DNA of 64,000 nucleotides from Candidatus Gastranaerophilaceae bacterium (GTDB lineage Bacteria; Cyanobacteriota; Vampirovibrionia; Gastranaerophilales; Gastranaerophilaceae): NCBI GenBank assembly GCA_035354275.1, contig DAOQAU010000001.1, positions 42,377 to 106,376 of the forward strand, read 5' to 3'. Shown piece by piece: positions 57,738 to 64,000 of this stretch (position 1 is its first letter; each line of letters starts with the position of its first letter). The notes under the pieces were generated by a model. It saw only the letters and a program-made list of their open reading frames with translations, ran no database searches and was not told where the DNA came from. The position numbers and the translations under genes were made by a program.

Positions 57738-58652
57738 TTACGCTCTCGGGTGCGCCTCATCGTAAACTTGTTTCATTCTTTGGGTTGAAACGTGGGTATA
57801 AATCTGTGTGTTTGAAATGCTTGCATGACCCAAAAGTTCCTGAACTACCCTCAAATCCGCTCCGTTTTCAATTAATCTGGTCGCAAAACTGTGTCTGAAA
57901 ACGTGAGGCGTAACTTTTTTGGGCAATTCTAAAGAATTAACGACTTCGTTAATCACGTTTCTTATGGTTTTATTCTGCAACCTGTAACCTGTGTTATTTA
58001 TGAAAACAGGAACGCTGTCGCCTATTTGCTCAAGCGGAAACCCTTTTGCCACAAGCAAACGGGCTGTGTCCAAATACCTTTGAAGATAAGTTTTTGCCCT
58101 ATCCGAGACCAACACAATTCTTTCTTTTGCGCCTTTTCCGAAAACTTTTATTTCATTGTTATCAAGGTTTAAGTCACCGAAATTAAGTCCGCTCAACTCC
58201 GATACCCTCATGCCTGTCGCCCAGAGAAGCTCTAATATTGCTTTGTTCCTAAAACCAGCAGGAGTATCAATTTTAACCCCGTTTAATATTTTTTCTATTT
58301 CGTCTGTCGTCAAAAATTTAGGCAAAGATTTTGGACGCTTTGGCGGACTGAGGTTTAATGCAGGGTTTGTTTCGATAAGTCTTTCCCTGTACAAAAACTT
58401 ATAAAATGTTCTTATAGATGCGATTTTTCTTGCGATCGTCGTTTTTTTGTAGTCAAACCGCTGAATAAAATGCAGATATTCTCTTACTTTGGAAAAATTT
58501 ACGCTCAAGCACGAAATATCCCCAAGCCACAAAAGATAGCTTAAAACATCAGAACAGTAGGCTTTTGAAGTATGTTTTGAAAAGTTTTTCTCCACCATAA
58601 GGTAAGACTTAAAGTCTTCCAAATACTGCTTTGATTTTGCATCCAAACCCAT
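57738..58652 (-). CDS. Tyrosine recombinase XerC/XerD family
   Basis: ATGMRVSEL, HVFRHSFAT and LLGHASISNTQIYTHV catalytic motifs. The start is set at MGLDAKS. Confidence 0.87.
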   Translation of the reverse strand: MGLDAKSKQYLEDFKSYLMVEKNFSKHTSKAYCSDVLSYLLWLGDISCLSVNFSKVREYLHFIQRFDYKKTTIARKIASIRTFYKFLYRERLIETNPALNLSPPKRPKSLPKFLTTDEIEKILNGVKIDTPAGFRNKAILELLWATGMRVSELSGLNFGDLNLDNNEIKVFGKGAKERIVLVSDRAKTYLQRYLDTARLLVAKGFPLEQIGDSVPVFINNTGYRLQNKTIRNVINEVVNSLELPKKVTPHVFRHSFATRLIENGADLRVVQELLGHASISNTQIYTHVSTQRMKQVYDEAHPRA

Positions 58653-58708
58653 AAAAAATCCGCCCCTTTGCAATAATTATAAACTAATTACAGGGGGATG
58701 TAAAGAGA

Positions 58709-58807
58709 GTAACAGGTAAATAGGTGTTTTAGTTTAAAAGTCGAATAGTCGATAAGTTGAAAAGTTAAAAACTATTCAACTATTCAACTCTTAGACTGTT
58801 CAACTAG
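58709..58807. repeat. Composite stop-rich tracts with an inverted arrangement, including the 36-bp dispersed unit
   Basis: GTAACAGGTAAATAGGTG, then AGTTTAAAAGTCGAATAGTCGATAAGTTGAAAAGTT, then the inverted tract ACTATTCAACTATTCAACTCTTAGACTGTTCAACTAG. The last ends at the TolC-like gene stop codon. Confidence 0.8.
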
Positions 58808-60178
58808 TTAAAGTTTTCCGCCGACTGCTTTATAAAGGCTTATTTCGTTGATGTAGCAGTCTGTTTTGCTTGAAACCACCATCTTGTTAAGAACAAGCAA
58901 AGTTTCTTTCTGCTGAATTAAGTCAAGCCCCGAAATAACACCCTGTTCATACCTTTTTTGCATATAGCCGTAATCTTTTTCCTGCATTTGATATGCTTTT
59001 AAGTTATTGTTATATTTATCATTATCCAATTTGAGCGAACTAAGTGCATCATTAACTTCTTGAATGGCAACAAGATTTGTTTTTTGATAATTTTGCAAAA
59101 TCTGTTCATATCTGTTTTTATAAATTTTTAAATTGGCAATTCTTGCCCCGCCCGTAAACAAAGGTAAAAGTGCCTGACCGCCCATAATAGCCAGCGCATT
59201 TTTCCAGTCAAAGGAAGCTCCCAGTGAACTTGTGTTAAAAAACAAAAGCCCTATGATATCAATTTTGGGCAAAAATTCCTTTTTTGCCACCCTAACATCA
59301 ATCCCTGCTTTTTCAACCATTTTTTCTGCCGCCTGATAATCAGGCCTTTGTGTGATAACTTCAGATGAAATTTCGTTTGGAATATTCAATTTATAATTCA
59401 TTTCATCGTAAGAAATTCTTTTAAATTCCTTTGTGTTATCAGGGCTGTCGCCGATTAAAACCGCAAGGTGATTTAAGACAATTTCTCTTGCCTTTTGCAA
59501 ATCTGATAAATCAGTTTGTGCCAATACATAAGCCTTTTCGGCACGCATTAAATCTGCTGTGGAAGTAATCCCCTGAACGTTTCTTATTTTCATCAGGTCA
59601 TAAATTTCTTTTCTGTCTGAGATTATCTGCTGCTGAAGTTCAATGAGTTTGTCCATTTTAACAAGATTAAAATAAGCAGCCCCGACAGCAGATGCCACGG
59701 AAATATATGCCGTTTTTTCATTGAATTGGCTTGCTTCATAATACTTTTTTATCGCCTTTGTTTTGTCCCTGTTTTTCAGGAAAATATCCGCTTCATAATT
59801 TACCATAAGCGGAAATCCGTAAGAAACTTCAGTGTTGGAAACCCCGTTCATTTTGTAAAGTGCCGGCGCAAAACCGACAGAAGCGGTAGGTAATTCTCTT
59901 GAAAATTGTGCTTTTACACTCTGTCTTGCTTCTTCAACTTTTAATGTTGCGATTTTTAAATCGTAATTGTTTTTTATGGCTTTTATGATATAGCCTTGTA
60001 AATATTCATCGTTATAACCCTGCCACCACTCAAGATTGACGTCTTTGAATTTATATTCGCTCACCTGCGATTGTATAACTCTTTTATTTTTTATTTCTTT
60101 ATTTTTTACCGCCAAAACAGGCATTGCATTCAAAGCCAAAATTGCTATGCTTAGTGTAATTGATATTATTTTTTTCAT
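58808..60178 (-). CDS. TolC-like outer membrane efflux protein
   Basis: Signal peptide, two tandem OEP-type helical repeats, and a conserved C-terminal L(Y)KAVGG end. Confidence 0.8.
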   Translation of the reverse strand: MKKIISITLSIAILALNAMPVLAVKNKEIKNKRVIQSQVSEYKFKDVNLEWWQGYNDEYLQGYIIKAIKNNYDLKIATLKVEEARQSVKAQFSRELPTASVGFAPALYKMNGVSNTEVSYGFPLMVNYEADIFLKNRDKTKAIKKYYEASQFNEKTAYISVASAVGAAYFNLVKMDKLIELQQQIISDRKEIYDLMKIRNVQGITSTADLMRAEKAYVLAQTDLSDLQKAREIVLNHLAVLIGDSPDNTKEFKRISYDEMNYKLNIPNEISSEVITQRPDYQAAEKMVEKAGIDVRVAKKEFLPKIDIIGLLFFNTSSLGASFDWKNALAIMGGQALLPLFTGGARIANLKIYKNRYEQILQNYQKTNLVAIQEVNDALSSLKLDNDKYNNNLKAYQMQEKDYGYMQKRYEQGVISGLDLIQQKETLLVLNKMVVSSKTDCYINEISLYKAVGGKL

Positions 60179-60382
60179 TTCATTTCCTCTGTTTTAGTTG
60201 ATAATGTAAATATGTTATAAGGTGAAAAGCTTTTGCTTGCCCTCTTGCCTTCATTTACCCCCTATTTACTTTTTCCTAATGGTATGCTAACATAATATTG
60301 TTGTAATTGCAACATGTAATCATTACATCATGTTGGAACTCTAACAAAAAGGATTTACAATAATATTATACGGCAGGTTTGG

Positions 60383-60850
60383 ATGAAAGAAAAAGAAACG
60401 ACAAATTATTTTAACAGTTCGATTTATTTAATGGAACAGGTTGTTACTTACGCAAAAATCAAAGGCACACAATTTTTTAAAGAGCTGAAAATGGGTGTAA
60501 CAATAGACCAATTTGTTGCTTTGGATGCGGTTTATTCAAGCAACGATATTTGCCAAAGGGATCTGTCAAAACTTATATTAAAAGACCGTTCAAATACCGG
60601 CAGAATTTTAAATATTCTTGAACTGAACGGTTTTATAAAAAGAGTCATTGAGACAAAAGGCAAAAGGTTAGTCAAAAAGATTTACATAACCCAAAGCGGC
60701 AAAAAACTTGTAGAAGAAAGTATTCCTAAATTGAGAAGCGCATTTTTACAAGTTTTTGAGAATATTTCAGATAAAGATTTTATGATTTTAAGGGAAACAC
60801 TGGAAAAAATGAAACTCAGCTTAAGCAAAACAACCAGCATACAAATTTAA
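60383..60850 (+). CDS. MarR family transcriptional regulator
   Basis: Winged-helix pattern QRDLSKLILKDRSNTGRILNILELNGFIKR. It sits directly upstream of efflux genes. Confidence 0.8.
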   Translation: MKEKETTNYFNSSIYLMEQVVTYAKIKGTQFFKELKMGVTIDQFVALDAVYSSNDICQRDLSKLILKDRSNTGRILNILELNGFIKRVIETKGKRLVKKIYITQSGKKLVEESIPKLRSAFLQVFENISDKDFMILRETLEKMKLSLSKTTSIQI

Positions 60851-60863
60851 AGGAAGGAATAAA

Positions 60864-61835
60864 ATGTCAAACGAAAAAAATAGCAAATTAATGAAAAAAA
60901 GATTTTTAATCCCCTCAATAACAATCATTGTGGCAATTTTGGCACTTATCGGAATGATAAATTCTTCAAGATATCAATCAACCGAAGATGCTTACGTTGA
61001 AACACACACGGTCGCAGTTGCACCAAAAGTTTCAGGACAGGTTATTGAAATGTATGTAAATGATAACCAGCATGTAAACGCAGGAGATTTGGTCGCAAAG
61101 ATAGATTCTGCCGATTACGGAGCAAAGCTGGATGAAATTTCTGCAAAATATGAGGCTACGCTTTTAAAGCAAAAAAATGCAAAAGCTGTATATGAAGCAG
61201 CGAATTCTCAAATAACTCTGGCTAAAAAAAATTTAGACAGATACACAGAGCTTTATAAATCAGGTGCAGCATCAAAATTAGAATTTGATAACGCAAAAAC
61301 AAATTACGACAACGCTCAGGCATCTTTAACTCAAGCGCATCAAAATTTACTTTCAAAAGAAAATAACAGGGTGGCAGATGCCGATTTAAAACAGCTTGCC
61401 GCGACCAAAAAGCAAGCACAGCTTGCATATTCTTATACAAATATTTATGCACCCCAATCGGGCTTTGTTTCAAACAAAACAATCGCCAAAGGTGCAATAG
61501 TACAGGCAGGACAGCCCTTGTTTACACTTGTTCCCGATGATATTTGGATAGTTGCAAACTTTAAAGAAAGCCAGCTTGAAAATATGAAAGTCGGACAAGA
61601 AGTAGAAATCAAAGTAGATGCATACCCGCACAAAAGATTTAAAGGAAAAATCGACAGCATTCAAAGGATTTCAGGTGCAAAATCAAGTTTATTTCCGCCT
61701 GAAAATGCGGTGGGAAGTTTTGTAAAAATTGTTCAAAGAATTCCCGTTAAAATTGTTTTTGCAGAAAAAATAGACACAAGCAAATATACAATCGTGCCCG
61801 GAATGTCGGTTGAACCAAAAGTTAAAGTAAAATAG
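60864..61835 (+). CDS. HlyD/EmrA-family efflux adaptor
   Basis: N-terminal TM helix, VSGQV(IEM)YV..N..V..GD.L lipoyl-like motif, a coiled coil, and YT.I.AP..G. Confidence 0.86.
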   Translation: MSNEKNSKLMKKRFLIPSITIIVAILALIGMINSSRYQSTEDAYVETHTVAVAPKVSGQVIEMYVNDNQHVNAGDLVAKIDSADYGAKLDEISAKYEATLLKQKNAKAVYEAANSQITLAKKNLDRYTELYKSGAASKLEFDNAKTNYDNAQASLTQAHQNLLSKENNRVADADLKQLAATKKQAQLAYSYTNIYAPQSGFVSNKTIAKGAIVQAGQPLFTLVPDDIWIVANFKESQLENMKVGQEVEIKVDAYPHKRFKGKIDSIQRISGAKSSLFPPENAVGSFVKIVQRIPVKIVFAEKIDTSKYTIVPGMSVEPKVKVK

Positions 61836-61843
61836 TGAAGTAA

Positions 61844-63433
61844 ATGTCCGAAAATATAAATAACTTGAAAACAGAAGAATGGAAATTGCCGGAAAACCCT
61901 TGGCCGGCAACTTTTGCCGTGATGATTGCGGTTTTTATGTTTGTATTGGATTCCACAATCGCAAATGTGGCACTTCCTCACATGGCAGGAAGTTTTTCTT
62001 CAAGCAACGAAGAAGCTATGTGGATTTTAACCAGTTACATGATTGCAAGCGGAATAATTTTACCTTCTGTGGCTTGGTTCAGCGGAGTTTTCGGCAGAAA
62101 AAACTTTTTTATAGGCTGTGTAATTATCTTCACGGTGTCTTCGTTTTTGTGCGGCTTGGCGGCATCACTTGATCAAATGATTATTGCAAGAATTTTGCAA
62201 GGACTTGGGGGCGGTGCTATTGTGCCTGTGGCTCAAGCTATTCTTATTGAAAATTTTCCGCTTGAAAAACGCCGTATGGCTATGTCTGTTTTCGGTGTAG
62301 GAATTATTATCGCACCTATTGTAGGACCTGTTTTAGGCGGCTGGATTACGGACAATTATAACTGGCACTGGATTTTTTACATAAATGTACCGATTGGTTT
62401 TCTTGCAGCTTTAATGGCAAATATGTTTATAGAAGACCCGCCTTTTGCAAGAAAAAAAGAAGGACAAAAAATAGATTTTTTAGGCTTCAGTTTTTTAATT
62501 ATCTGGCTTGTTTGCCTGCAAATTGTCCTTGACAAAGGAAACAACGCCGATTGGTTTAATTCCCCTTGGGTTTGCTGGACCTTTGCCGCATCAATGCTTT
62601 CAATGGTTGCCTTCGGGGTTTCGCAGTTTGTAAACAGCAAATCTATAATCGATTTGAAAGTTTTTAAAGACAAAAATTTTACATTCGGAACAATTTTTAT
62701 GGTTTTGGTTACAGCGGTATTGTATTCTTCTATTGCAATTATGCCGTTATTTTTGCAAAATCTTTTGAGATATTCGGCATATTTAAGCGGTTTGAGCATG
62801 ATGCCAAGAGGCGTCGGAAGTGTAACCGGTTTAATTATAACGGGTATTTTCGCAAAGAAAATCGACGACAGACTCTTAATTGCAATCGGACTTGCCCTTA
62901 TGGGTGTATCAAGTTTAATGTTTGGATTTTTAAACCTTCAAATATCAATGATTAATATTATAATTCCGAATTTTATCTTCGGATTGGGAATGAGCTGTTG
63001 TATGATTGCAATAAGTACGATTTCAGTTGTCACTTTAAGAGCCGAACAGATGACAAATGCCACAGGGGTGCAAAATCTGCTGAAAAACATCGGCGGTGCT
63101 GTCGGTATGTCTATTGTTGCGACTTTTCTCTCACGCTTTGCGCAGGTTCATCAAAACATGATGGTCGGAAACTTAAACCCGCTTAACCCCGCCTTTCAAT
63201 ACAAAGTAAGTGCCATGACCGCTGCTTTTTCAAAATATTTCGCGCTTCCGCTTGCCCAACAAAAAGCAAATTATCTTATGTATGTTGAATTGCTTAAGCA
63301 GTCAAGCCTGTGGGCATTTATGGATGCTTTTAGAATTTTTGGGGTAATTTGTTTTATAATAATGCCGCTGCTTTTGTTTATGAAGCCTCACAAATCAAAT
63401 TCAACAGAAGACGGATTTTCTGCGATGCACTAA
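61844..63433 (+). CDS. DHA2 (EmrB/QacA) family MFS efflux transporter
   Basis: 14-TM architecture, LDSTIANVALP motif, and GRKN(FF)..G. Confidence 0.9.
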   Translation: MSENINNLKTEEWKLPENPWPATFAVMIAVFMFVLDSTIANVALPHMAGSFSSSNEEAMWILTSYMIASGIILPSVAWFSGVFGRKNFFIGCVIIFTVSSFLCGLAASLDQMIIARILQGLGGGAIVPVAQAILIENFPLEKRRMAMSVFGVGIIIAPIVGPVLGGWITDNYNWHWIFYINVPIGFLAALMANMFIEDPPFARKKEGQKIDFLGFSFLIIWLVCLQIVLDKGNNADWFNSPWVCWTFAASMLSMVAFGVSQFVNSKSIIDLKVFKDKNFTFGTIFMVLVTAVLYSSIAIMPLFLQNLLRYSAYLSGLSMMPRGVGSVTGLIITGIFAKKIDDRLLIAIGLALMGVSSLMFGFLNLQISMINIIIPNFIFGLGMSCCMIAISTISVVTLRAEQMTNATGVQNLLKNIGGAVGMSIVATFLSRFAQVHQNMMVGNLNPLNPAFQYKVSAMTAAFSKYFALPLAQQKANYLMYVELLKQSSLWAFMDAFRIFGVICFIIMPLLLFMKPHKSNSTEDGFSAMH

Positions 63434-63509
63434 ATATAATCAGGCTTAATAACTTTACATTTAGCTTAAAATAATATACAATATTTTAGTCAATCGGGAG
63501 AAGGGTTTT

Positions 63510-64000
63510 ATGAAAAAGAAATTAATTGCTTTAACGTTTGCGTGCACATTGGCAGCTTCGACTACAGGGGTTTTTGCGCAAGAAGATTCATCTGCGCCTG
63601 TTCAGGTTCACCCTGCAAAGACAGATAATATAAAAGCCTTCCCCGAAAATCTTCCTCAAAATCCGACTGTCGGACAGGGCCAAACTCTTTCGACAAAAAT
63701 TCAATATTCAAAGTTTCGAAAAGTACATAAAAAAGTTACAAAAAAGTATGTTAATTACGATGAAGTCGATAAACTTATCGAAAACAGCTACTATGAAGAT
63801 GCAGATAAAATATTAAAAACCGCCATTAATTCAAATTCAAAAAATATAAAAGCAAAAGCACTTTGGGTTGTTTCTCTTGCAAAACAGTACAAGCTTGACC
63901 CTGCGCAAACCCAATTAAACGAACTTTTGAAAAAATATCCCGACAATGCCGACCTGCACTATGCGCAAGGGATTATTTATTACAAAAGAACAACATCTTC
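63510..64000 (+). CDS. Exported TPR-like repeat protein (partial, continues beyond window end)
   Basis: My own translation gives MKKKLIALTFACTLAASTTGVFAQE (signal peptide), then ...YYEDADKILKTAI...LNELLKKYPDNADLHYAQGIIYY (TPR-like). GGGAG lies upstream of the ATG. Confidence 0.6.
   Translation, partial: MKKKLIALTFACTLAASTTGVFAQEDSSAPVQVHPAKTDNIKAFPENLPQNPTVGQGQTLSTKIQYSKFRKVHKKVTKKYVNYDEVDKLIENSYYEDADKILKTAINSNSKNIKAKALWVVSLAKQYKLDPAQTQLNELLKKYPDNADLHYAQGIIYYKRTTS

Overview
AT-rich 64 kb chromosomal segment that is almost entirely coding and mostly housekeeping. The ATP synthase genes are split the cyanobacterial/plastid way: a-c-b'-b-delta-alpha-gamma at 2.5-7.6 kb, and beta-epsilon separately at 20.5-22.3 kb. 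Together with GFTLAEV-type pilins, PilT, FliD and HydG, this suggests a non-photosynthetic cyanobacteria-related lineage (Melainabacteria/Vampirovibrionia-like). That placement is inference only. Recognisable content: RseP, BirA, a DegT aminotransferase, rmlABC plus acpS, tpiA and fba, two pgk paralogs, hisS, dnaK, gcvT-gcvH-gcvPA, pilT, recO, a GGDEF/HD-GYP protein, fliD, aroC-aroK-aroB, a PfkB kinase, xerC/D, and a MarR plus EmrAB/TolC-like efflux set. I saw no rRNA, tRNA, CRISPR array, IS element or canonical defence system. Main observations worth a second look: (1) FBA, TPI and a second divergent PGK, plus at least one hypothetical protein, share a polar N-terminal leader (M-[RK]-[IV]-x-x-[IL]-[NQ]...[VM][NS]F[TGK]). 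It is not a Sec, Tat or lipoprotein signal. (2) A pervasive family of degenerate 7- or 8-nt tandem tracts (AGTGAnn, AGTAAAT, AGTYGAAn) puts stop codons in all three frames. At ten genes the tract abuts or overlaps the stop codon in sense orientation. Two copies sit in-frame inside convergent genes as an inverted repeat. (3) An ~80 bp dispersed repeat differs between copies only at third codon positions across a 10-codon ORF. (4) A long hairpin with the identical loop flank GAAATCTACAATTTC lies ~170-180 nt upstream of gcvT and of an unrelated small gene. (5) A pilin-like gene is interrupted by one in-frame TAA. (6) There is an orphan phage tail-fibre-like gene pair. All functional ideas for these are hypotheses.
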